The notes under the pieces were generated by a model. It saw only the letters and a list, made by a program, of their open reading frames with translations, had not been told where the DNA came from and did no database searches. From the NCBI RefSeq assembly GCF_018977255.1, contig NW_024704743.1:16556001-16620000 (forward strand): a stretch of DNA of 64,000 nt, in the 5' to 3' direction. Shown here one piece after another: positions 12,701 through 25,400 of the stretch. The DNA is from Callorhinchus milii (Eukaryota). Numbering within the stretch: position 1 is the first letter of the stretch; every line of letters starts with the position of its first letter. Made by a program: the position numbers and the translations under genes.

Positions 12701-15700
12701 AGCTTCCAGACTGTATGGCCTCAATAAAACATGAAAACATTTTTGACCATCACCATCATACAGGAATGAATACATACATCATTCGTTTGATAATGGTGTG
12801 ACTTTGTCAGTGTTGTAGTGTGACCGAGTTTATGCTGCAGATTTGAGAGATTAGCTGTGCTCGAACCAGCCCTCATGTAAACTGAAAACTACATGAAACT
12901 TCAGAGACTAGATATTGTTTCAAGGTATCAGGTTGTAGCAGAAAGCAGGGCCTAGGGCTTTGTTTTGAAATCTCTTTGAATGCACTTCTTTGAAGGGGAA
13001 TCTTTGCTTCGGAGTGTCATGCATTAATTAACTACTATAGCTGCTTGAGAACTGGCAGGACAAAGTCGTAATAAATCTGAGGCTGCTCGATCCTGGAATT
13101 GGCTTTTTGCTTCCAAAATATCTATTTTTTACTCATCGATTTTTCTTCTTCAATTTTTCCTTCCCTCCTGCTGATGTTTGACTCCTTTCTTCTTCTACTG
13201 GGGCACAGATCCACATTACAATGGTCTCACTCAAGTGCCCATTATTGAAGTGATGTGTGCCTGAACTCCACACAGGAAGATGGTGGCAATGCTCTCACGC
13301 AATACATGCTGAGATGTGTTGCCCACTGGGAAGCTCACAGGGTGTTCTTTGTGTCTACCATCCACCTAGTGAGGACTCAAACTCGTGCTTGTTGGATGTC
13401 GAACGACCAACTAGTGACTATCCTACATAGAGCGGAGGTAAGCAGGGTCGCCTTGGAGCTGAACTGGCTGCAAGGTGACATGCCTGGCAACGGAATGTCA
13501 GAATCGAGCCAGTCCTCAGTGGCAATCTCAGTAGTCCGGTTCCTGAGCCAAGCAGGTCCACAGTATTCCATGTCAATGACAAGCTATGCGGTTTTAGCTG
13601 GTTAGACTCCAGCAGTACCCCAACATACACTCTGGGGTCCACAAACCTTGGCTCTTGCCAATCTGCACCTAATTCTTTCTGGAATTAGGTAATCAGGATG
13701 TGTCCCTCCAGGGAGAGAGCGCCCATTCCATTCCAACAATCTATCTCCGGGATTTCCATGTGTAGGTGGGATGCATGGAAATCTCAGCTTGGTTTGGATA
13801 CTCTTAAGCATGGTGATGGGTTTCCACATGTGTCAGTCACCCGGCTGACCCCCCACAAAAATGTATGAACCTTATAGCAGGTCCCTCACTATGAGCAAGC
13901 CCTCTATTTTTGGGAGTTCTGGTGCTTTTAGATTGATATGGATCCTGAGGCAACTTCTATTGCAACATGGCCAGTTTCTTCAGCATCAAATTTGTGAGAA
14001 GTATACTAAGAATTGGATATAATAAATAATGTAATTATTCTTACATTTGATAGAGTGTCTGTAATGTAAAAAAAATTGCAAAGCACTTCACGGGTAGTTG
14101 CTGTCAAGTTTAGTGATGGTATTTTTAAAGGGAAAAATGGCAGGAAGTGTGTCCACAGAAAGATCCCATAACAGCCATGAGGTGAATGATTAATTTATTT
14201 GGATGATTGTTGGCCAGAACATCAGAGTCCTGTAGCTTGGGCAAGTTTCCTTACTCCACACGCCTGATAATAATCCCTCAAGAAAAAAAAAACAATAATA
14301 TATTGGTCACTTCAATTCACGACTGTTTGTGGGACACTGCTGTGTGCAATTGGCTGCTGCATTTCAAATACGCAGTCAATTCACTTCACAGTATATTCTG
14401 TGAAGCGCTTTGAGACATCTAGAAGACGTGAAAAGCGCTATATCAAATGCAAGGATTATTATTATTATTAGAACACTGGGAAAAACTTTATTCTGTCATC
14501 AAATAAACGTCTAACAATGTAGCACTGTCAATGTCTGGGTGTAGGGTTGAACCTATCGTTCAACTTCTGCTGCCAAGAATATTAAAGATCACAGAGAGCA
14601 GCTTCACCTGAGGAACTGTCCACGTGTTTCCACCAAGGAGATAAAAAAAGAGAAATTAATTGAAGCTCTGGTGCATATGTCTGATCTCAGCCTCCAACAG
14701 TGTGTGTGAGCACATTGGCTGCTTCTCCATACCTGAGCTGCCCTCTTCTCTATCTCCCATATCTGTTCTCATTTTTATTCTTTTTTCTTTTTCTTCCTTT
14801 CATTTTCTTTTTCCCCAATTGTTGAACTCATACTTGTGGGATGTTGCTGTGGTCCGCATTAGCTACTGCCATTCCCTACATAGCAACATTTCCCTACATA
14901 GAAACAATTCACGACTGTTTGTGGGATACTTCTGTGCGCAATTAACTGCTGCGTTTTGCCAACAAAATATTCAGTCACTACACTTTACAGTGTATATTAA
15001 AAGCGCTCTGGAATGCCATCCGGCATGGTGGGTGCTATGTAAACATATTTGTTGTTGTTACAGTATATTCTGTGAAGAGCTATAAAATGTCTTTTAACGG
15101 TGTGATAAGATGCTATATCAAATGCAAGGGTCATTATTATTCTATCTTAGACACAATTGTATTTATTTCCAGATTATCAGACAGTGTTAACACTTTGACA
15201 TTGTTAATAATTTTAGATTCTGTCTCCCTTATGGTTTAGGTGGATGTAAAGAGTCTTTCTCCTGGTTAACATGATTTATTTTATTATTGTTTTAAATTGT
15301 ATTTATCTTCCCCTCCGAATCCAAATTTACTCCCAAATTTCAACCCGATTGTCTGCTCATCTATTTGATGATTATGGAACGTGGAGTCCACAGATTAGTT
15401 GCCATGTTCGACTACAAAACAACATTCACTTCATTTGCAATCAATTATATTTCACTTCGAGACATTCATTTTGATATGAAAGGGACTGTGTGAGTGCGAG
15501 TTATTATTGTTATGGATTGTATCATAAATGCTAATGAATGCTAATTAGTTGGATAACTCTTTCAAAGAGCCGGCACAAATACAGTGGGCCGAATGGCCTC
15601 CTCCTGTGCTGTAAGATTCTATGGTTCTATGACAATTCCATTAAAGGCAGGACTTTTTTTTGTAGCAGACTGATGACTTGGCATATTTTTAAAAGTGGAT

Positions 15701-18700
15701 GTATTTATGTAGGGAAAGGCAGCTGCTTCAGAATCGGTTTTAAATGCATACATTAAATGGGCAAAATATGGTACAACTTGATTTGTAGACTTGGCTCGGA
15801 CATTGTCTCCCCTCCCCCATTACTAACTGCGCCAATGCAGCATGGCTATCCATTAACAGGATACTCTACTGTCAAATATGCTCCAGTGGTGCAGTGCAGT
15901 AATCTTGTCTAAGCAGTTGCAATAGCAAAAGAGGCCTTAATGTGAGTATATTTCTGCAAGGAGGACAGATTCACCCAGGATACGTGTTTAAAGCTTCAAA
16001 ATAGAAAAGATATTGAGTACGAGCTCCTGAGTTGTTAGCATTCTCAGGTGCCAGTGACGAGGCTGATTTCTCTATTGAATTAAAAGAAGCCGTGTTTTGA
16101 AGAGGAGTAATAATATAATCCCCCCCCAAATGAAATAATAATCATAATCTTTGCATTCAATATAGCACCTTTCACGTCAGGAGGACATCTCAAAGCTCTT
16201 TACAGATATATTGTGTATTTTGAGGGTGAACAAAACGCAGGTCTTCCCAGAAACCTCTCAATATTTCTGCACTCATTATGGACTGGTTTAACAGATGGTC
16301 ATCGACAATCTGATTACTTGCTCCTGGAGAATCCAGGGTCAGGAGGATGCCTTAATCTCGACATGTGTGATAGATAGGTGTCGTGATCTCCCTTCTCTCT
16401 GTCTTTATCAATTGGGAAAGGTGGGGGGAGTGAACTTACTCTGTTATATTTTTAGCTTTTAACCATGGTGCTATAGTATCTTTTGCTAATCTGTTTGCTT
16501 ACAGTACAGAAGGAGGCCATTGAACCATCCACTCTATCCTGGTACCAGCTTGTGTACCAGCTCCTTCACTGGAGGTGTATGCTTCAATCCCAAGTCCCAC
16601 GGGATTTCCCCACACCTTTAAATATGATTCCTTTTCGAATAATTTAACATGCAAACGGAAACAGCATGTGAGACGTACATCTGTTGTTGTAGTTCAGTCA
16701 CGGCGAATTTCATAATAAAGGTTGTTGTAAAGTGAAGGCTAACATTCCAGTGACTCCGCTCTGTAATTATATTTCTCTCATCCATTTTGCTGTAGTATTA
16801 GGAGATAGATAGTTTGGGGGGAATCCAAGGGGTAAGTAATAGATGATTCGAGCTAGATGGATTTTTGTCCTTTCAACCTTTCCAATTTCTTATTTGTGCT
16901 TTTACCTGGAATATATTGCATATTACTCAGCAGTGAGGTTGCTGTAAGGTTATTCATGAGCTAGATTTTTTGAAGCAGTGCCCTGCAACTGATCTATTAA
17001 AATCAATGAACTAAATATAAATCCTCTTTTCATTTCCCTAAACCCTCCTTAGTCAGCAGCACATCCTCCCTGTGTGACTCATCTATGCGTTTGCTGTATT
17101 CTAACACGCGCTCACTTTGAGAACCACTTTCACAAGTTTTCAAGGAGATTTGTTGTTTGTGTCAGGAGCAGCAAATCACAATTACAGTTTGCGCCCCCCC
17201 CCCCCCCCGCAGCTTCCAAGTGAGCTGCCAAATCCTTCCTAGTAAACTGCAACCTTTTATTGCTCGGTTAATGAATTATTCAAACCCAGTAAAAATGGCA
17301 AAGATGGGTTTGATTTTTTTTGGTCAGCCGGTTTCTAACACGTGGAAAAAGCCAACACCATGCTTAACAGCTTCCATACCAAGAGTTTCATGCATCCCAT
17401 CTACAGATAGAAATTTCCATGTATTGGATGGAATGTGCACTCTCCGGCTTACCTTCACTCTCTGTCACCTTCCTATCTCTCCGACCTCCTCACTCCCCAA
17501 TCCACCACCCAGCTCCTCCGCTCAACTAGCACCGGCCCTCTTCCTCGTCCCTCGAACCCTCCGCCTCACCATCGGAGGTCGCACTTTCAGCCACTACACC
17601 CCAAAACTCTGGAACACTATCCTTCAATCCCTCCGCCTTGCCCCCTCTCTTCCCTTTTTAGGTCCCACCTGAAAACCTTCCTCTTCGACCGTGCTTACGG
17701 CCGCCTTACCCCACCCCCAGCTCAGAGTCAGGCTCTGCCACTGTTAAGCGCTCTGAGATGCTGCCCTGCGTGGAGGGCGCTATAAAAGTGCAAGTTGTTG
17801 TTGGACCTATTTCCAGAGATTATTAAGCGCAGGTTGGCAAGAGCCAAGGCATCAGCACCCCACAGTGTGCAATGGGAAACTACCGGAATCTAACTAGCCC
17901 AAAACACATAATAATATGATAATAATCCTTGCATTTGATATAGCACCTTATCATATCTTCTAGACGTCTCAAAGCACTTCACAGAATATACTGTAAAATG
18001 AATTGACTGTATGTTTTGTGGGTGAAACACAGTAGCCAATTGCACGCAGCAGTGTTCCACAAACAGTCGTGGAATGAGTGCCCAAATTATTATTATTATT
18101 TATTTATTTAGCTTGCCATTGAGAGCACTGTCTGACAAGCTTTCCCACCCCTTGTCCAGCTAGGACTACTCTACCCATGAGAGCTTTGGCTTTCAGAGTT
18201 AAGAGAAGCTGAATTGGAAGAATCCCTGCCCCTAATCACTTCATACCAGGTTTACTCAGTACCAGTTGCTTAATCCAATGCCTCATGTGAGAGGCCTTGG
18301 CAAATAGATTTGCCGGCTGTTAAGCCGACTCTGTCTCCAGGGCGCTCAGCAACAGACCTGCAGCCGCTTCCTCTATTTACCACAAATCCACCTCACTGCT
18401 TTCACCCGCCAATTCTTTTCTCTTTCTTTTCTCTCCTGAAAACATTTTAATGTAGTGTGCTAGGATATGTTTCCTTGGGCTCCCTCACTTGTTTTACTCC
18501 ATGTGGCCACTATTTGTGGCAACTCATTTGCCAGCAAGTGTTGCCGGCTTATTGACATCACTACCAAGCCCATTCCTGACATGAAACCTCCAACATTGTA
18601 CTATCGACAGCAAATAGTAGAGGAATCCTGGCAGATTTCCGCTCTCTAAACCAGAGGCACTTATGATTGAATGTTTTCGCTCAGTTGCTTTTCTCTGATT

Positions 18701-19383
18701 TTGATTGAGAAGCTATAAATATATACAATTATCCCACCAGGCTCAATGGTGTGTAAAATACAAAGTTTTATAAGATTCTGTGATTATGCAATGTGCTCTG
18801 AAAGGTTCCCTTTTGCTATCTATTCTTAGACTTGCCGTAGGGTGTGAGCACAAACCCTCCCTCTTCCCGCCTCAACCAATTGGGCCTGATGACTTCAATT
18901 GCTGTCATTACAGTAGTGAGTGCAGAGACTTTTAAGCAGGGGGCTTAATACAGTAGAAGTGTTGAAGAGTATAATAATAATAATGCAGGCAAAACACGAC
19001 AGCCAATTGCACACAGCAGCGTCCCACAAACAGTCGTGGAATGAAGTGACCAATTTTTTTTTGAAGGAATTATTGTGGAGTCCTGTAGCTCAGTGGTTAG
19101 AGCACTCGCTTTGCAAGCGAGAGACCTGAGTTCAATTCCAGGCAGAGGGCGAAACCTTGGGCAAGTTTCCTTACTCCACACAGAGCCTAATAATAATCCC
19201 TCCAAAAAACAAAAACAATAATAAATTGGTCATTTTCAATCTACGACTGTTTGTGGGACATTGCTGTGCGCAATTGGCTGCCGCGTTCGCCCACAAATAT
19301 ACAGTCAATTCACTTTACAGTGTGTTCTGTGAAGCGCTTTGGGACGTCCTCCCGACGTGAAAAGCGCTATATCAAATGCAAGG

Positions 19384-19419
<36 letters not shown>

Positions 19420-22400
19420 CCTGGAGAAATGATCCGCCAATCGACTAACAACCGGTTTCCTACTTACTGCTAGGTAAACAGAGGCGTGTGGAGTAAGGAA
19501 ACTTGCCCAACGTTTCGCCCTGCCTGGGAATCGAATCCAGGTCTCTCACTTGCGAGGCAAATGCTCTAACCACTGCGCTACAGGACTCCACAGTATAAAA
19601 CAACAACAACTTGCATTTATATAGCGCCCTCCATTCAGGGCAGCATCACAGAGTGCTTAGGGTTTGATAAGATTAACATAAGAACTTCTCTACTGATTGG
19701 GGAGTCCAATTCCAGGGGGCACAAATATGACATAGTGACAAGGGAATCAAAAAAAGAATTTAGGAGGAACTACTTCATGTGGAGGGTAGTGAGATTGTGG
19801 AACCCGCTGCCTAAAGCAGTGGTTGAATCGGATAGTATAAATGCATTGAAGAGGAAGCTGGACCTCCACACGAGGGAGAGGAGAATAGAAGGATATGGGA
19901 GGGAGTAAGGAATGGGTGAAGACTCATGTAGAGTATAAACACTGACATGGACTGATTGGGCCGAGTGGCCTGTTTTCATGCTGTACATTCCTTGTAAATC
20001 TGTAAAGCTCCATGGTTTATCTGAATCAGTGTCCTGTGAAACAGCATTCGTACGTTGGCTGGCTTCAGGATCTGTAGCAAACATCCAAGGAATGGTTAGA
20101 AATTAACAAGTCAGGGGAAGAGTCATACTGCAGTCAGTGTTAACAAATGGGTTGAAAAATGTCTCGGTTCATAGCAGATTTGATAATCCAATTGATAAAT
20201 ATGGAATCTGTAAAGAAGAATTACATTTTATCATCCTGATTTTGTAGCAAGAATTTCTGTGTATAAGTAGGCAGCGGGATTCTGGAGAACTAAAGAGACA
20301 TACAGGTTTGGATATTGGAAAGGTAGAAGTGTTATGGAAGGTTTTAAGTGAAAATTAGATCTGAGAATGAGAAATATAAAATGGTGTAGGGAAAAGGCAG
20401 GAAAATGGGACTAAGGGATAGCTCTTTCAGAGAGTCAATTTAGACCCTATTATACCCTGATTCAGAAACAATGGACTTATGGATTGTCTTTATCATTTAG
20501 CAGCAGTTAGACAAATGTGAAGTAGGATATATATTAGTGTTATCTGTTTGAATACTGAAATTGATATACAAATCTGGTCACTGCATCATTCTTCATGACA
20601 GCCTCAGCAAAGATAAGATGCTCACAAAGTAAACAGTACCCAATAAGATTGCTTTGGATTCCAGAGGTTACGATCTAACACTTGTAACACACACCTTGGC
20701 AAAGCAAGCTCACTTTCTCTGTACCACAGGACTTCTCGTTCAACCCATAAGTTAACAGCTCCATAAAAGATTTTTATATCTTTATTTCCATCCCTTATGT
20801 GGGTATCTCAGAATGATAGAACTTACTGATGAGGCACTAGCACTGCAAATGGGGGTGGCTGATACCTGCGGTTGATCAGTTATATGGCACCCTTCACATA
20901 GGATAACATCTCAGCTTTACAAAGATGGAGATGGATGACAAGGAGGGCAGTGGGCAAGAGAGGAAGTGGGGTGACTATTGTGATTGAAGAACTGGGTTTT
21001 AAAAGAAAAATAAATTGTAAGAGGGAGAGGTATAGAACGTGCATTCCAGAGGTTAGAGACATAGATACTGAAGATTTGGCCACAGATGGTGGTGTGGATA
21101 GAGTGGGAGATGCTGGCGAGCCAGAGTTTCCCAAGTGGAGGGGTTAAGTAAAGGGGTGGCATGGGAGCAGATCAGAGAGTTAAGGAGGTGCTATGGCGTG
21201 AAGTGATTTACACATTAAAGTGAGGTCCTTGAAATTAATCCACTGAGTCAGGGAGACAGCTGTCTGGACATTAAAGATCCTATGGGGCTATTTGAAAAGA
21301 GAAGAAAGTTTCTCCCAGTGTCCTGGCCAACAATTCCCCAGAAAAAAATAGTTCTTCACTTCATGGCTCTTTGTGGGATTTTGCTGTGTGTAAATTTGGT
21401 GTCATGTTTTCCTACAAAATAGTCACTACACTTCAGTAAATCCTATGAAGCACTTTGAGATGTCCTCCTGAAGTGAAAGGTGCTGTGTCAAATACAAGGG
21501 ATATTATTAGTAATACTATTATACAATCTGTTTAATGGTTTCTCTTTTATCTTTCCTCTAGCCGGAGCAGCCTGCAGTTCAACCCATTGAGTCATTACTA
21601 GATCTGGACTTTGATCCTTTCAAACCAGATCATGTAACACCCATAGGAAGAAGTCAGTCACCCATCTCTCAGGTCTGTGATGCATTCATTTTATTTATTA
21701 ACTGGCTGTACCCATTGCAGCTCCGTTTGCAACCAAACGATTCAATATGGAATGTAGATTGACACACAGACAGATATTTCATACTCATTGGGATATTTTA
21801 TGCTGTTTTATATTTTATACTCCAATATTTTATACTCATCTGGGAGGACTCCTGTGGGAGAACTCCTTTTGGAGGACTGAGTGGGAGTATTCGGCACTTT
21901 AAATATTTAATTTTGTTGTTATTGCCGCAGCTTAGCTTCGTCTGTGTTCTCTATTTTTTCCTGCTGCTTGGCTATGTGTGTGCTCTGTGACGCAGGATGC
22001 CACAGCGTCAGAGTCAGCCGGCGTGGCCACCGGGTATAACTACAGCGTGTGCATACATACGTAGATGCATACATCGTGCTCTGTGACGCACGATGCTATA
22101 GGCCACGTTGACTCAGCGGCCACCAGGTATAACTGCAGTGAAAAATGCAATACTGAAAATAACTTATGAATGATAGATAGGAGATACCCAAAAACAAATA
22201 TGCCCATGTCACTCCCAGTTGCAAAACCTTTCTGATGAGGTATAAATCATGTCTCTACGTCAATCGGTTATTGAGATCCTTCTTGAACCGCAGACAGACA
22301 TTGTTGTTTCATTAGTATATATAGATAGAATAGATAGATTAATGAATGAATAATAGCTAACAAATATTTCATAACCTTACAGGGAGGCACTTCTAAATCA

Positions 22401-25400
22401 GCCCAGTGGTGTCTAATTTGCAACATTTTAATAAGAAATGTGTGATAATCTAATCCTAAAATATCATTTTATCTACCACATCAGATTTTAATTTTGAAAA
22501 CCTTTATTACATTCCTCCTTAATCTTCTTTGCTCCAGAAAAAAATGGTCCCAATTTTTCAAGTGTCACTTGAAGCCTGTAATTTCACTCACAAACTGACT
22601 TTGCTATTACCACAATAACTTCCAGTTTGAGAATATGGCAATCTCAACCTCTGTAAATTGCTCCATATGGTTTTCTCTATGTGTCTGTGTTTTAATGTTT
22701 CTGTTTCTCTTCCTTTTTATCGATTCTCAGACCCTGCCTTGGGATTTGTGGGAGGTAGGAATACTCTTATTTCTCATTTAGAATTCTGTTTATTTTCCAA
22801 TTTAATTTTGTGTTTTTTTTATGAAGTCAGAGATATTTAGCTTGTCAGAAGTGTTCTTCAGAAGAGTTTGTGATGTACTAATTTTGAATGTGACATGCCA
22901 TTATACTGCATTTATATTGGAGGTGTCAACTTGGCTGTCAGAGAAATCCGATTTTTCTAATACAGTAATACACTGAAGGACCCTTCAGACTTGTTGGAGA
23001 GCATTGTGGATTCTAAGCAGTCTGTGATAAATAGGGCCATTATGCAATATAGAGGATCATTTACTGCAGTTTCATTGGGTAGGCGGGGGTGTACATTAAT
23101 GAATTATATGAAGAACATATTAAAAAGTCAAACCAATCAACATGGGCGCAAGCCAGCACAGTAACAAAGTGCTGATCAGCGAGTATTATTAATGTGAAGT
23201 CTGCAGAAACTTTCATTCCTGCCACATTCCTGCTGATATCTAAGCCGGGCGAGCCATTACACCAATATAATGTCAGGTAAGTGACCTGCCTGCTCGCCTT
23301 ATCAGTGAGACTTGAAAAGATAGACCTGTCACTGGGCAACTGGATTCTTCCCGCTCTGATTCCATTAACACTAGAAGCCAATAAGTCCAGTTAGGGTGTT
23401 AGTTATTCAGTTATTCTCTAGACCAGGGAGGTCCAACCTTTTGGATTTCCTATTCGAGAAAGGTCCGCAGACCGCATCTAGCATGGACCAACTGGAGTCC
23501 TGCGGGCCGCATCCGGCCCGAGATCATTTCCAACAATCCAGCTTCCACTCGCTCCCTCCCTGGTGAACGTCCTCTCAGGGCAACGGCAGGAGCCGGCGGT
23601 TGGGAGGATGCAGCGCGGAGAATGGAAATAATACCGTCCGTTACTGCAATCTGTGAGGAAGCCAGAACGTCTCTTTCCAACTGTGTCCTTAGCAACCACC
23701 GGCTCCTGAGGGGGGAGAGAGGGGGGGAGAGAGGTTTGGGGGGGGAGGTGGAGCTTGGAGGTAAGGAGAAGGGTGGAGATGGGGTCGAGGGAGCAGGTGG
23801 TGGGCTTCATTTTTGAAATGATGGAGGTGAGGGAAGAGGAGGAGACAGGTGCGTAGGGAGGAAAGGGTAGGGACCGGGTGTGAAAGGAGGTGGGGAGAGG
23901 GTAGCGGTAGACGGGGAAGAGGTAGCTGAGTGAATCCCCTCGATTTTGGACTTGAGGAAGCCCAACATCTACTCCCAAGCCCCATGGCAGAACTTTGAGC
24001 TCACACTCCAGTGCATTGCTCGAGGAGCACTGCATTGTCGGAGGTGTTGTCCTTTGGATCAGGTGTGAACCTGAAGCCCCATCTGCCTATCCAAGTAAAT
24101 ATGAAAGATTCTATGACACTGTTAGAGGAGAGAAGGGAGAGCTTCCCAGATTGTTGGCCACTAATCCACCAGATAAAATTGGTCATTAACTCTATGGTTG
24201 TTTGTGGGACATTGCTGTGTGAAAATTGGCTGCCTTGTTTGCCTATAAAATAAACATTCACTGCAGTTTACAGTAATTGCCTATGAATTTAGTACCACAT
24301 TAACATTTAAACCTCCACATGCATAGTTTAAAATCGTGTGACTCTTTCACATCCACAAGGGTGTATATTTGACATCCAATTCCTGGTGTGACAATATCAT
24401 TGGCTTCTGTCCTCTTTCCTTGCTATATTTTTTATGATATATTCAAATTCTGAACAATTACGTGTTGGCTGTGAAACAAAAGATATAAAGTGAAAAAACT
24501 ACCTTGCTAAAAACAGAGGGCCCAAAGCCATGCCATACCAATGGGACTGATCCCATCGTGCATATGAAAACAGCGTGGATTTCATGTCGTCACACAAACC
24601 TCAGTGTGCAGCCTTAACCAAAAGCATCTTCCATCAGGAATTATACTGTCACTATAGCACCATGCTATGCTAGCCCTTCTTTCTGTGTGTTTGTATGTGT
24701 GTGACTCTAGCTATTTTACTTTTATCGCTCTTTCTATCTTAGTTTCATTGTGTATCCCTATCGCTTTTTCTCTCTGCTTCTCTGTAACTATTTCAGATTG
24801 CTGAGCAAACTCAATAAATTCCCTGTCAGTAGCACATACATTTGTAAAAATATCCCACCGCTAGTTAAAAGGCCCATTTGCTGAGTATCTGCACAAGCAC
24901 AATTTACGATTCTCTAGGCAAAACCTCAGCACAATGCTATATCTCAATTACATTGGATTTGAACGGATACACAGACATTTAGCTTGTGGATATGGAGCAT
25001 TCATCTGTATTTGTCCAAGGCTAGAGGTTAAATTGCAGGACTGTGAATGCATTTCAAAGCACAGGGAGTTCATGCAAAATTCAATTTCAATTTATTTTCA
25101 AATTTGTTGCAAATTCACTTTAACATCTTGCTGATGGAACACACTCACAGCTCTCTGGAACAGTGTTGGCCTTGGAAATGCTGCCTATACCACATTGCAA
25201 TCACAATCTGCAGGCTTCCAGCCAGCTGAATGGAAAATGGAAAAACAACACTGATAATAGCTTCCTTGTGAATTTTCGCAAGAAAGATATATTAGGAGTG
25301 TTTCAAAATCGCGTTCCAATAGGGGATATTTTATGTTCTGTTCATTATTGAAGGTAATGGACAGTTTTATACACTGTTGAATGCATAGTATATATCGGTT

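Noticed and set aside
19077..19150. tRNA-Ala(TGC)-like genes here and at 33640, 36118, 40893
   Set aside because: No proper acceptor stem or terminator; each continues into a SINE body and tail.
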